Below, piece by piece: positions 25,445 through 39,052 of a stretch of DNA of 64,000 bases. The notes under the pieces are model-generated. The model ran no database searches. It was given only the letters and a program-made list of their open reading frames with translations, and was not told the origin of the DNA. The stretch is taken from assembly GCA_054772095.1 (NCBI GenBank), contig BAAGAE010000031.1, forward strand, positions 1,366,979 to 1,430,978. The letters run 5' to 3'. Every line of letters begins with the position of its first letter. Positions within the stretch are counted from its first letter, which is position 1. Made by a program: the position numbers and the translations under genes. The DNA is from Chamberlinius hualienensis (Eukaryota).

Positions 25445-27394
25445 CTGCAACATGGAAAGAGATTTTTGGTGTTTTTTTTTTTAATTATTAGATCTTGACA
25501 CCACGGATCTCTGCTGGTTAAATAATTAATTTTGGCTATGTATTTGGTTGAAGTAGTAGTAGTGGCAGATGGAAATCGCATTGTGTTTTTTTTTATGCAA
25601 ACGCGCGCTCACACATTAGCATAGGCATATTCTTAAATTGGCTCGGTTTTATAATTAAAATGGAATTTCTTTTTTTGGTTGAAAAATTATTTAAAAAAAT
25701 TAAACAGCAAAGGTAAACATCCAGCGATATTGGTATAATACTCATATAAACATGTTATAACTTTTTTTAATGAAACAATTTTTTTGTTAAAATTTAATAA
25801 TTTTTTCTCCTTTGTTTGAACTTTTTTTTACGGTTGACATAACTTTCTACCAAAAGAATGGGACTTATTTTTGGCCATAAAATTGATTTCTACATAAAAA
25901 AAAGTACAGTATTACTATAGAATTGATCTTTTGATGGTTATAATGTTTACCGATAGCATTATTATCTTTGCAGTACGCACTCTAAGTCTTAAGTTAGTGA
26001 TTTAATTGGACCTTTATTGGAATAAGTAACCCAGCCATAAAATTTATAAAAAAAAAATAACCTCAAAGAGTTTTAAAAAATTTAATCTAAACTCAATTTT
26101 GTAAACGTTTTAAGAAATAAATTTCAATAACAAAAGCATAAGAAAAACAATTTTGATGAAAGTATTTGTTGGTGTATAGAACTGATAAGATGACGAAAAG
26201 TAGTTCAGTTGAGCTGTTTTATGAAAGATGAAATGTCTTGAACACAAATTCAAATTCTCAAATGATTCGGCGTTATTTGCATGTAGGTTTGGTTTTTGAG
26301 TTGAACAAACGAAAAAAAAATTTTTTTTTTTGTTGAGGTTTACTAACTGACTAAGCAATAAGTTTTCGGCATTTATCTCTTTACATAACGAAATCCCAGT
26401 CATTTTTTTTATACCTTTTTTTTTTTTTTAAAAAAAACTTGAACTTAGTTAGATGAATAAGAAGAAAAGCACATTAAATATCCTATTTTCTCGTTTGACT
26501 TATTCTCCAGGCTATCGAAATAATAAGATGATCTTACATTAATCACACAAAAAAGTAAAGGCAATTCGTCTATCTCTGAAATTGAAGACAAGGAAATTTC
26601 TTTAAACAAATTAAACGACATTTTCGGCTGAAAGATAAATGGCACAACAACGAAAGACACTGAGGTATTATCGACCGCAGTTTGCGCTTTAAATGCCTTT
26701 CCATCGGTGCCTATACCGGTATACAAGATATATGCCTATGCTTGTATGTGTGGGTGTTTGAATATTATTACACGGAGCTGCGACTTTTTGAGCAGTTGCT
26801 TCGACATCCTCTAGAGTTATTAATAAAAAATCTAAGAGAAAGAAAAATAATCTTTTTAGTATTTTTTTTTTCTTTTTTGATTAGTAAGTCGATGTTGGCT
26901 TTGCTTTGTTTCTCCTGTGAAAAATGAAGAATCTGAATTACAAAGAAACGTAAGGATAAAGTAAAATAAACGATGAGAATTTGAAATGTTTGATTTGGAG
27001 GTAGTAAAGAGCTAAATAGATGAGTTTGAAGATAAAGAATTTGGGGGATATACAGTATTTTTTTTTCGGGGGGAAGGGTTGTTGTAAAAGGAAAAAGATG
27101 GTGAAATTGAAGTCTTTTGGGTGGGTTAGGTAAATTGGAGGATTGAGGAAATCGTAAGATTGGGATATTTTAGGAATGAAGAATTGGTTCGGTTGGGCTT
27201 TTAAAGGATTTGAAAGAAAGATAAAAAGTACAAATAAAGGTGTAAAACATAGTCAAGTGATTAATTTTTATATCTGGAGTGATTATAAAAAATTTCTTTT
27301 TTTTTTTTCTGATCTTTTTAAAAAATGTTTAAAACTGATAATAACAAAGAGAATATAAAATATGATGGATTAAATAAAGACTAATTTTCTTTAC

Positions 27395-27682
27395 CGTTAA
27401 CAAAGAGATTGGCTGTGTGAGTGGTCGATCCGGCACTGTTGCTGACCATACAAGTGTAATTGCCGTTGTTTTTTGGAGTGATTTTTCCTATCGTTAAAAT
27501 GCTGGAAAATTCGTCCAAATCACGTACGGATACTCCAATATCCGGTGAAATTGGGTGGCCATCTTTAAGCCAAGTTAATCGAATGGGTAAGTCGCCATCA
27601 CTGACTACACATTGAAGTCGTGCTCGCATTCCTTCACGAATAAGTTGGTCTTGAAATGAAAACGGTGTGATTTTGGGTGGCA
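27395..27682 (-). CDS. Dscam: Dscam-like alternative Ig7 exon, variant 1 of 3, 288 nt (VPPKITPFSFQDQLIREGMRARLQCVVSDGDLPIRLTWLKDGHPISPDIGVSVRDLDEFSSILTIGKITPKNNGNYTCMVSNSAGSTTHTANLFVNG)
   Basis: tttcAG acceptor and AAC G|GTAAAG donor. The translation aligns with Dm Ig7 (exon 9 class) ...LPRIIPFAFEEGPAQVGQYLTLHCSVPGGDLPLNIDW... Confidence 0.85.
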
Positions 27683-30180
27683 CTGAAAGTAAATTGACAA
27701 AAAATTGTAATGAAATATTTGGCGATAAATCAAGCAGAATAATATCGTTGGTAAATACCACTAAACAAACGGCTTTAGAGCTACAGTATGTGTGTTAGAA
27801 CTTCTTTATCATTGCTGTAACTGCAATCTTTTCATTAATGTATTTCAGTTCTTTATGGTATTTTGGTCAGTATTTCGATGCTTTCTCTAATCATCTAATT
27901 TGATGTATATGATAGTCGAGTATTTGTTGGTTTAGGTTACGATTGGTGTTTGTTTAGTTGTTTAAATCAAAATTATTTTTTTGTTCGGTGTTTGTCTAAG
28001 CATTTAACTACTGAAATGGCTGTTAAGGTCTTTCTGCTAATCGCTTTTAATGCTTTGTAAATGGAGCCATGTTTTAGTCATGTATTAAGTGCTTGAAAAT
28101 ACACGTTTGACAGTTTCGACATTTGGCAATTTGGCGGCTCATTTTTTACTTAATAAATACTTGTCACGGTTTTAACAATGTTTTTAGTGCTTTGAACCTT
28201 ATTCGTGGTTCTTGATCTTTATTTAACCCTATAATGCTTAATTGGGACCTCAGTGGCCCTGTGGAGGCAGTGGGTATTTGAATATTTGATCAGTTGTAAC
28301 TTTTTGCTTGAAGATGTTTTTGTTATTAATTTTTAATTAAAAAAATATATAACTTGATGTTAGCTTGTTGTAAATGTAATATCAGTCATTTGTTTATTAG
28401 TGAATAGTGAATGTTAAATACCGACATTATTTCTTCACCATATTAATAGCGTCAATTTTTTCAAATACTTTTTCAGTGAATTAAACATTTCTTGTTTGTT
28501 TATTTGAATTGGAATTTTGAGATAAGAGCATTCATGTGACTGAATCGATTCGTTAAGATACAATTTCTAATTTCTATTCATGGGAGCTGCTTATCGATAT
28601 TTTAACACAGCTCGTGTTACTTTCCAATCACATTATTATGGCTTCAACTGTTTTATGTTTAAAACACCGGCATGATGTCGGGCACTATGTACTGCACCAC
28701 TACACATATATAGTATTTGTATATCACTATAAGTTTAAGAATCGCCCTATTAAGTATTAGTTTAGACAACGATGAGTATTTTGCTGTCGATATGGTTTTA
28801 ATAGTGTTTATTTTTAATGCATTTGACTAAGGGCTTTTTAAAGTACCAATTACAAATAGATTGCCGTCAGAGGGATAACGTGAATTTATATTGGCTTCTT
28901 GAGAATTGTTTTTAGATGTTAAACTTTGGCCTTTTACTAGTAACCTGCACTTCTAACTACTTTTATTAGTCGAACCTTTGACTGCACTGCAAACGAAATA
29001 CCGTTGGTTGTAAAACTATATCGGTAAAGATGTGAAATACAGTTATTACTAAATCTACTGACAAGTGAGTATCGATTTAATTTATTATGAAGCCTATGAC
29101 ACTTCAGTTGACTGTTTTATACAGGGGATAACAAGGTCTTGTTAATCGATTTGCGACACTTTCAACCGTCACGAGTTTCGTTTGGTAACCATATTTTTTT
29201 TTTAGTTGACTTTGCAATTGGTCATTTGGTTGTCATAAAATGTTTGTGTGGACGCCATAACCCGATTGTGATTGCCGACTTTGGAGACGCGTATCTTATT
29301 AAGTTCTATACAGTCTACGATCCTATTATTAAGCATGGGGGGAGGGGGGGTATTCTTTCAATGTATTACGATGACAGATAGGAAGAGTAAGCACGCGAAC
29401 GATGTTGTAAAATTCAATTTAGATTCGAGGTTATAAAATTCTATAGAAATGGGAACAAATCGTCTTCTAAATGTTTGAGCGAAGACATCTTACGGTGGTG
29501 TTGGCAGTGAAGTGCCCTACCTGCGCTTGACTTGACGCTATTACGGAAGGAAGTTACAGAAAGTGGGGAAAAAGAGCAAATTTATATCCCCCCCCCCCCC
29601 CTTATAGTATCGACTTTTGCCTGGAAATGTATAGTTATGCGGTATAGCTGTACTGTATATTATTATACTTTTTAATGTGTATTTGTATGCGCATATGTGT
29701 TTCGCAGCATTAAATGTACACTAAGTTCAATCCACCATCACAATGTAGCAAAGTTTTCAAACCTTGGTTTTCCCATATGGCTTTTACGTGAAAGATAAAT
29801 TTATATAGTTTTAGAAATTTAATAGACTGCATACATAATAATGACTTTTACTATTACTTGCTATAAGTGAGTCAATTGCAGAGTTCATTTTAGATAGTGT
29901 AAGGGCTCTGATGGTGCTTTTCTGTCTAATCAAACAACATGAATAATTATAATATATGTACTAATTATGAGGGTCATCTGGTTGCAACATGCTAGCGTGT
30001 ATTCAGCATCATAATCTTAAATTTGCGAATTGACAATGTTGATTTTGTTAGGTAAGATATATACGGTATACCATATTTGAATATTTTTGTACCTTAAATT
30101 TTTTGAGTAAAATTGTGCTTTTTATTAGTAAGTAAAATTTAAATTGTTAATTAATTTTATTTTAGAAATAAAAAAAATTT

Positions 30181-30261
30181 CGCTGCGAGCAGGATTCGAA
30201 CCTGCGCGGGTGACCCCATTAGATTTCAAGTCTAACGCCTTAACCACTCGGCCATCGCAGC
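30181..30261 (-). tRNA. tRNA-Ser, anticodon UGA, class II with long variable arm, 81 nt
   Basis: The reverse complement GCTGCGATGGCCGAGTGGTTAAGGCGTTAGACTTGAAATCTAATGGGGTCACCCGCGCAGGTTCGAATCCTGCTCGCAGCG folds as a cloverleaf. The A box is TGGCCGAGTGG and the B box is GGTTCGAATCC. The 7-nt anticodon loop is CTTGAAA. A run of T7 lies immediately 3' of the gene on the minus strand and is the likely Pol III terminator. This gene sits in the Dscam intron between the Ig6 exon and the Ig7 array. Confidence 0.9.
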
Positions 30262-33200
30262 TCCACGTTTTATACACTTGTTATTTCACTCCACGTATGT
30301 AGCAATATAGCAACAGCAGCTTAAATATTGTAGTTTACAGTTTGATTCATGATCGGCTATTAGGATTGTTCAAATATAGTGCATTTCATATCGAAACTCA
30401 TGGTCGTCCAACACATGGGATATCTAACACTTATTTTAATCGATTTTTTTTTACTATTACAGTTACTGTATTAGATTACAACAGCAGCGCACACAGGATG
30501 AAATGTTGGAGGGCCGATAATATCGGCGTATGCTCGATTACAGTTGTACTGTTGCCATATCGATAGTCGATAGGCAATTATGTTAGCTATAGCTTCAGAT
30601 TTATGATATGAGTCACGAGTGTCGATTGTGTTGTCACATGTCGATATCGGCCAATTTTATAGTTTCATTAAAAGATACTTTTTAATTTGTCAGTAAAATA
30701 TAGTTATAAATTTTTAAATTGATTGAATATTACAATTACATATTATTCTTTAATGGTATTTATTTATTTATTTTTTGGAAAAATCTATTGAAAAATTGAG
30801 TTTGATCACTAGAAAACTAGAAAACAAAGAAGGGGCGGGGCTGGTCCTTCGGGTGCGCTGGATTAAGAAGACCAAGTTTTAAACTATACACTATCAAAAT
30901 GTAAATGACATCGTATGTTTCAAACTATCTCTGATTGTAGCACTGAATATTCTGAATATCTTTGGCGACCATGTGTTCCCGCATGAAATTTATACTATTT
31001 TGACATTAAAATAATTATGTAGCCACTATAAACATTCTCGTTTCGCGTTGTTATCTTTAATTTTAAAGTTCAAAGATTTTATTTAAATTATTGTTCGCAA
31101 GTGCTGTGGACATGGCGTAACCAAGTTCCATACGAAATTGTAGACTTAAAATGTTTAACCATGTATAATTGTGAAGTATACCAAAATAAACAAAAATAAT
31201 AATATTACTTTTGCCCATTATATTTTTATATACAGCGTTAACTTTAAGACTCAATTCCTAACATTTTATTTTGTCTTTCCCTTTAATGCCCTTAGGGTGA
31301 AATTAATGCATTCTTCCATTCCACTTTGGCTTTTACTGTGCATTTCCAAATAACGGCCACATTTATATAAATATAAACGTCGTTTGCTTTAAGTAAGACA
31401 GTAGGTGTAACGTATATACAAGTTGAAAGTGCATTCGGTTTACTTGTAAAACTCGTAAATCTTGACAATTAAAGAAGATGGATTCTGACGTATAATAAAA
31501 GGAAACCAATGGAAGTGTTTGGAAGGAAGATTATACTATTATTTTCATCACCGTTCGTTGCTGGGTTTCTATTCTGAAGAAGTGAAGAATTAATTATACT
31601 CTGTGCCCAGTAGTAAATTTAACGATAGGGATGGGGATGTGTGGTCTTGCGCCAAATCGAAAAAGTGCGAAATCGAAATTAAAAACAATATTGAATCTTA
31701 AAATTGCATTTGAAATTAGAGTTGTAAGGGGTTAACCGATATCGTTAAATCTATTGTAAAGTTTTTCTATAAAATTTCGCTTGGACTGACATTAATCATG
31801 AGGATTAAAGACTTGTTTCGACTGCGGCTATCTTGAAGCCTAGTCCGATTTCTTTTATCATTAAATGACGTCACATAGGATTTACACGAAAAATAATTGT
31901 ATGTAACAGCTCGAGATATAGGGCTGAGGGGGTTTGAAGTGACTTTAAGACTTAAGAAGTGGGGAAGACTTTTCGTTATAGCCGTCTTTATTTCTATTTT
32001 TTTTTTCTTGCTACCGATCATGCGTATCAAGTTACTGTAAATGGCTTTCAGTGGTTTTATCGTCTCATTGAAAAATTTACAGACAGATCAGCTGAAATAA
32101 AATGTTGCCTGGTTCAATTGGAGAAAACAATTGTTGAAATTGATTTCAAGTTTATTTTTTTTATATATAATAAAATATTTAGGAGGAATGAAAGGAGAAG
32201 AGTAAGGAAAAAAAATCGATACGTGTCAGAATGGGTTTTGATTTTGAGCAAACATCGATTGTAGCTGTTGTGTGCCGTAGAAACATCTGCAGTTACTAAA
32301 GGTCGAGACTCGAGTGCGATTGAACAAACATTGGCTATTATGTCCTTTATCCTGAACGCAGTGCCGTCTTAAAGCATGAGCTCAATGAGCGGTTGCCCAG
32401 GGGCCCGTGGCCATTCTAATTTACATTTTTGTCTCCTTGTGAGCGGTTGTGGAGGCAGGGCCTCATATACACTGATTTGCCTAAGGGAAGGGGGGCATAG
32501 ATAGCCTTAAGACGGTCTTGTCTGATCGCGAGACATAAACTTTGACAACGTAAATCAAGTGTAAAGAACCACGTATATGTATTTGACGAAGAGTTAGTTC
32601 AAGTTGGAAGTTGCTTTATATTATTCAGCCAGTTGGTGATTCTCAGCTTTATTTATTTAGTTTTTTTTTAAAGTTTTCAGTTGTTTAGTTCATGATTGCG
32701 ATTCTGAATGTTGGTTGTTGACTTGATATACAAAGATACTGTATATCTAATTTTAGTCTAAAATGTACCTGCGATGATAGAGTCAGTCATTTGGACTATT
32801 GCATACTAAATTTTATTTAAAATCTACTAATGTGAAGTTAACGATAATAATGTTTAGGTTATTCAATGACTTCAGTTGCTGTTTTTTTTTTTAAATGTAT
32901 TATTATTGTATGTGGTTTAGCGACTTTAGTTGATGGTTAAATGAGCACTGAATATTGGAACCCTATTATGTGATTTTTAAAAATCTTAACATTTCCATTT
33001 TGTGGACTTCATAAACTCAGATAAATATGAAAAAAAAAATTTATTAGAAAAATATAAAAGTTAGTGTTCTGTAAGTGCTTTAATTTTTAAATTTTACTTT
33101 AAATTTATGAACAATGAAAATTTTATTCACTAAGAAAAGTATTTAAGTAGAAAAAATATATTAGGTAATTGGTTAATATGTGCCATTTATGCCACGTAGT

Positions 33201-33923
33201 TAAATTTTAACGACTTGTCGTTACAACGTTAGTTAAGGTTTTATTAGATGTTTTAGTTGCTGCAGTTGATGTGATAGCAAGGGTGTAAGATTTGGCGGTA
33301 AAAACCGCTTCTTAGGCCATCATTGAATTGAGAAACTTCCTTTGTATTTATAAATAACACGAAAACTAAAATCACAAATGATATTTAAATCAAATCATCA
33401 AATGATTTTAGATTTACCGATGAATTCTGTGTCGGTGCTATTTAGTTTTAAATGCATGCTTCTTTTTTTAATTGCATCTATTTAAAATTCATGTCATCGT
33501 AATGCCCAATGGCAAATTTAACATTAATTAATGAAACTCACGTGTGAAATGTTAATAAACATATTTAGCGGACTCCGACGTGCCATTACGTCAATTGTCA
33601 TCAGTCAAATGTAAAAAAAAAAAAATTAGAGGGCTTTTGAATGAGTATGCAAATGAGCTCTAATGATAATATTCCCTCAACATATTTATAACGATTAAAT
33701 GACATAAAAATTATAATATGTATTATGCCAATTATAATTGTACAGTTGTTGTTTAGATGTATTTGAACCATTAATAAGCGTTCGGTATAAATAATTAAAT
33801 GTTCTATAATAGTGAACATTACCGTGGCATCTAATATACTGCAGTAAACTATTCGCATCTTTGACATTTTTTTTAAAAGACATTTTCTAAATCTTCGATA
33901 ATACAACTGAAATTTTTTTTTAC

Positions 33924-34085
33924 CTGCAATGTCAATGTGGACAACGACGACTCCTCTTTGGCCATTTTTATTCCATGCAGAACAAGTGTAACGTCCGGCG
34001 TCCGTTGCCCTTTTCACTTTTTCGATGACCAGAGTTCCATTGGGATAGACCGCCTGACGGAGATTGATCGGTAATAACCGACCAT
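33924..34085 (-). CDS. Dscam: Dscam-like exon: C-terminal half of Ig6 (DGRLLPINLRQAVYPNGTLVIEKVKRATDAGRYTCSAWNKNGQRGVVVVHIDIA)
   Basis: cattccAG acceptor and GCA G|GTAAAA donor. The translation aligns with Dm RALPINRKQKVFPNGTLIIENVERNSDQATYTCVAKNQEGYSARGSLEVQVMV. Confidence 0.85.
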
Positions 34086-36539
34086 CTGGAATGTCAAAAT
34101 TGATGAAAACGTTATATTCTTCCGCATATATACTCAATAGCCAACCACACAAGCATCATAAGTGCACTTTTCTGACAAAGTATAGCAAAATTTTAATCGA
34201 TCAGATATTTAAATTTCAAGTAACGTTGATTCAAGTTCAATTTTGATACGATTACGACAGTCAGTTGTCTGAATTCTTCGTGAATACTGTTTTTAAAAAA
34301 CTTCTTAAGAGACATTAGAGGTTGTTTTTGACCAACGGAGAATTGCAATAAAAAGCAATCGGTAAATTACGATGGAACCATTTAGTTTATGTAACTTTCA
34401 CTTTTTAGTATGCGGCAGAGCTCAAATCTGATAAGTTCAATTTGGCACCAAGTTTACACTTTGGTTCGCATACTAGAAGATTTTAAGGTTTTTAACATTA
34501 TACTCTTTGCCACACTTAAAATGTTTAAAAACGTCTATTAAAAGTGCCTTTTACTTGATCACATATTATGAAAATAACTTGCCTATTTAATTGTCATGCG
34601 ATTGAGTTAAACACACTTTATAAATGGACATTTTGAAGTTTATATTGCCCAGTTTTAATTATAGTTATGAGGTATACTTTGAAGTTGCAGTACCCACATT
34701 TAATTTGTGAAAATTTTATCATTTTGGCACTTATCATCCTTTTGAGGTCGATCATAGACATACACATATAAAAGCACACTGGATGTCGGAAAAATTATAT
34801 TTTTCTCGTCTAACCCCTTTCCTCAACCTCCCTATTCCTTTCCTCGCTTTTATCCTATTTCGTATGCGATGTGCAAGCTCACAGTTCGTAACACTTTGAC
34901 CTCTTCATAAATACACTACCCAAGTTAGCAGTACCACTCAGTTTTACGTAGTCTGTCTGGTATCACTAATACTGGTACCGAAGATATGTATATGAATAAG
35001 CGATAAGAACAATAAATCGATTGGATCTTGTCAACGGATTGGACAGCATGACGCCATCTTTCACTTTCCAAACTTGAAAATCAGATTTGCAATTTAATCG
35101 CGTCCAAAAAATATTACATACATATATATATATACACGTCTTATTTTGAGAAATATATTCAGTAGCTGAGTGTGAAGATTCAATTTGCATATATGACTTT
35201 ATGTATTTTGCTAGAAGAGAAGATGCATATCGATTTATTGATATTTCTTTTTGATATGGTCCTCTTCTTTTTCTTCAAAACTTCGGATATGGTTTGACTG
35301 AGGAGTCTCGGTCTGTGTTTGATGTGATATATATGCATTTTTGGAGTCCGAATATTTCATTTGTAGCGTGTAAGCAAAGAATTTTTTTTTCCTTTTAAGG
35401 TTATACAGCAAAAACGATATCGCGCACGCATATATATCTTACGTTTGAGATAACCGCAACATTTTTTTTTTTTTTTATTAATTTTATATAAAGTTTTGGT
35501 AAAACGTGTGTATCTCTATACAGTATGTGCATACGATTTTTTTTAAATATGCACACTATACGGCACAGTACGCATGAATATAAATGTGAAATGGCTCCTC
35601 TAACTTTTTCTGTGATATAATGTTGATTTTAACAATGGCATTTTTCTGTAGCTGTCAGGAAAATTTATCGATGAAATTTTATGACTGTTTGCTGCTGTTG
35701 AACTTCCAATACAGAAAAGTTGCTCTTAAGCTATCCGTCTGCGTGTGTATTTTGGTCTGTCTCTGTCTAGTATTGCCTTCGTAGGTCATGAATCTTCTCA
35801 AAACTCATAAGTCACATTGATATTTTTCGACTTTTTCAACAAAAAAAAATAATATGTGTGAAAAATTTAGGCGAGTATGCTTCAGAAGAGTCGTCGATCA
35901 ATAAGTGGACGTTTAGAAACTTGTTTCTATTTAGTATTAAAAAAATAGAAGAATCCCCCTACTCATATTTTATGGAGAACCTCACATTCTTGTTCTTAAT
36001 GGAGTATCAAATAAATGCATTTAGAAGCAGAAGAAGACCATTTCACATTGCATAGCTTATTATTTTGAATACGATTAATTCTATTTTTTAAATATTATTT
36101 CGCGAAACTTCAAGATTTGTGATAATTGGATTTAAGAAGCTATTAAAGTACTGGGTCTAAATTACTAGGTTAAAACGAACGATAGTAGCCAACAGTCATT
36201 TTCTTAAGTTAATTAAAACTAAAAGTTGGAAACATAATTTTGCTTTATATTTATCATAAAGACACCAAAATGGCATATTCTCTTGAAAGCTTAATTACAT
36301 TAACTTTACTCTCACTGCTAAACAATTTTAAACCATTTTTTTTTTTTGTTTCTAAAAAAATATCTGTACGAACTCGTAAAAGATAAATTTGTGATAAAAG
36401 TTTTAAAGAATGGCTTTTTTTTTTTTTCATTTGGAGTACTATGGTGATAAATCCGACTAAGTATTTTATTTTTAATTTCCAGACAGACAGTCGAAAGATA
36501 AATTTGGCATATTATAAACTTTATAAAAATGTTATTTAC

Positions 36540-36650
36540 CTTTTTCCCATTGGTAAACTTGAATTGGATATCCATAAACAGGACAGTTAACGTATGCAGT
36601 CACTCCAGCCACATAAGTTTGCTTCGGAATTGGTCTTACGAATGGTGGAC
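36540..36650 (-). CDS. Dscam: Dscam-like exon: N-terminal half of Ig6 (GPPFVRPIPKQTYVAGVTAYVNCPVYGYPIQVYQWEK)
   Basis: tttcAG acceptor and AAA G|GTAAAT donor. The translation aligns with Dm GLPYIRQMEKKAIVAGETLIVTCPVAGYPIDSIVWERD. Confidence 0.8.
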
Positions 36651-39052
36651 CTGAAATAAAAAGTAACTCATTTTTAAAAGAGTGACAACTTTAAAACAAT
36701 TTTTAAAGTAGCTATTTTTTAAATACAGTATTGTCGAGACACGAGACAGTTCGTTTTTTGTTTTGTTTTTTTACAAGCCTGATTGTGACTTGAGACGTTT
36801 CCTGTTACTTATACGTTCATCTAAAATTAAGATGCCTTTTAAAACTGAAATGTTATGAATTAACCATTAAGTCTGGTTGAGGCCCCGATAACGGGTGTAC
36901 ATTTTGTAACTTCAAAATGTTAATGTTTTTTTTTATATTTATTTTAGGTGCGGCGTTCAGTGTATATTAAAGTGCAAGCTTAAGAAATAGAAAAGTTGAC
37001 ATTAAAGACTGGATTTTGGTAAGTTAAACAAGTTTTAAACGTAATTAGATTGTTAATTTAAGTTGTGGAAATGTCTGTGAACTTTAGTGTAGCTATAAAA
37101 AATGCTTGCGAAGCATTTTATGTATACCGAGTATTTGAATCTCGAGAGTTTACGTCAACTGAGAGAATAAATTTGTAAATGGTAACGACGACACGGAAAG
37201 ACTTTGGTTGGGATGTATATTAAGAGTTATGATGGATGGTCTTAAATGAGATAGTCCCTTGTCTATGCTATATTTTATTTTGGTGACAGCTATATACATA
37301 ACAGTATATACGAAAAAATCTTAGGCGTTTTATCACAGATTTTTTTTTATTTTTATATTTATTTACTTTTTTTTGTTGATAGATTTTACTCTGTTTTATG
37401 GTACAGTGTGCTTCAAATGTCCAAAATGTTAGTAATATTTATTTTTTTAAGATGACAGCGCTTACCAATGTCGTGCAAACGCTTTAAATAAAATGTAAGA
37501 ATAGTTTTTATTTTACATAATTAATATCATCATAGGGTAAGATAAATATTAGAAATGAAATCAGAATTTACTCTCATGAATTTGCCATTAAAACATTTTT
37601 GGTTAATGTCAACATGCTAAAGTGCTCCAAATGCGCTAAAAAAATGGAATGGTATGAATGAAAATATATTGTTTAAGTTGTGAAAATTTGTGAGGATAAG
37701 TAATAAACATTCAACAACATTTGAACGGCATGCAACAAAAGTAAGAGAACTGAAAAAAGGAAATTTTGGTGAACACATCCATTACAAGTTTCACAAACGT
37801 TGTATAAAAATGCTGGCAAGATTAATCCAAATGAGTCGCTTTAAAAACTTAGTGAATAGTGTAATTGGAAAGGTTGCATTACGTATTCTTGGATTAAGTT
37901 GTTGAATATTTTGTCTACGCGTCAAACTTTGACTGTTACTAAATGAATAGCACCGAATTTGTTTGATTGGTGAAAATGTTTGGTTTATTGTTATTCTTCT
38001 CTCTCCTCTTTCTGGTTAATTGCAACTGATTTGAAATTCCTGATGTTTTGATGATCGGCTTTCTGTATAATTTATCGCTGCCTCAATGTGTGTCGATAAA
38101 ACAGGTGGAGTAGACGGTATTTAAAAAACAAGGTTCATTAGTCGCCAGTAATATCAAATTAGCTTCACTGGCGGTTTTATCCTATTACTATCTAAAGAAA
38201 TGAGTGACCTAACATATTTTGAGCGCGAAAACATGTTTGATGTGACATTGATTACTTCTCATTTCGGATCAGAGGTACAGTATATGGCAGCGTTAATGTC
38301 ATTTTTAAGAGTTCGATGTAGCAGAATTAATCGATTCAGGTCATTTATTTTCCAACTTGGCGGATGTTTTGCGTCGGATTTAAAGCTATCGACCAGCAGA
38401 GACCTGTACATCAAACATCTGAGTTGACTGGCTTCGACCAAAATTAAAAGATGTTAAGCCCCTTTCTAAGTTTGGTGCCAGCTAAATAATCCTCACCATA
38501 AACACCGAGTTTACAACGTGCTCTCCCTTCAGCTCTTCAAAAAAAGCTTTTTTCTCGCTCGCTCTTAAAACTCAATATAGCATCATCTACTTCTTCTACA
38601 CAACATTGTTTAAGTGTTACATACACATATACAAGAGTATTTAGTAGCAGTTTCAAGTCTGCGTGTCGTTTAAGTTAAGGGGATCAAGAGTAAATGAGTG
38701 GAAAGTAAACGAGACAAGTGGTCTGCTGCTTAACCGAGTTCATTTAGTTATATAAAACTATTCTTTCTTTCTTTTTTTTTGCTTAGAAACTACTTCAATA
38801 ATTAGGTAGCATAACAGAACTGTAAGGTATTTAACAGATACGGGTTCAAAGTGGCAGGAGAATAACGTCGATTTTTACAGCGTAACTGTATTTGGTTAAC
38901 CTCATCATTACAAGGGAAACTAATCAACAGATTATAAACATGAATTAATGACCTCATACACTTACAGTATGGTTCAAGACCAAGTTTCTAAGTTTCATGA
39001 GCATATAGGAGTCAAAATAAAATTCAAGATATAATTATTAGTCAATACTATA

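Noticed and set aside
28990-29160. Candidate extra Ig7 exon ending CCA ACG|GTATTT between the Ig7 array and Ig6
   Set aside because: The in-frame translation upstream (VSRFSNNCISHLYRYSFTTN) lacks every conserved Ig7 feature. No ORF of 90 or more codons exists there.
33601-34152. 183-aa minus ORF extending well beyond the Ig6 C-half exon
   Set aside because: Only 33924-34085 has Ig homology and splice signals. The remainder is AT-rich intron read-through.
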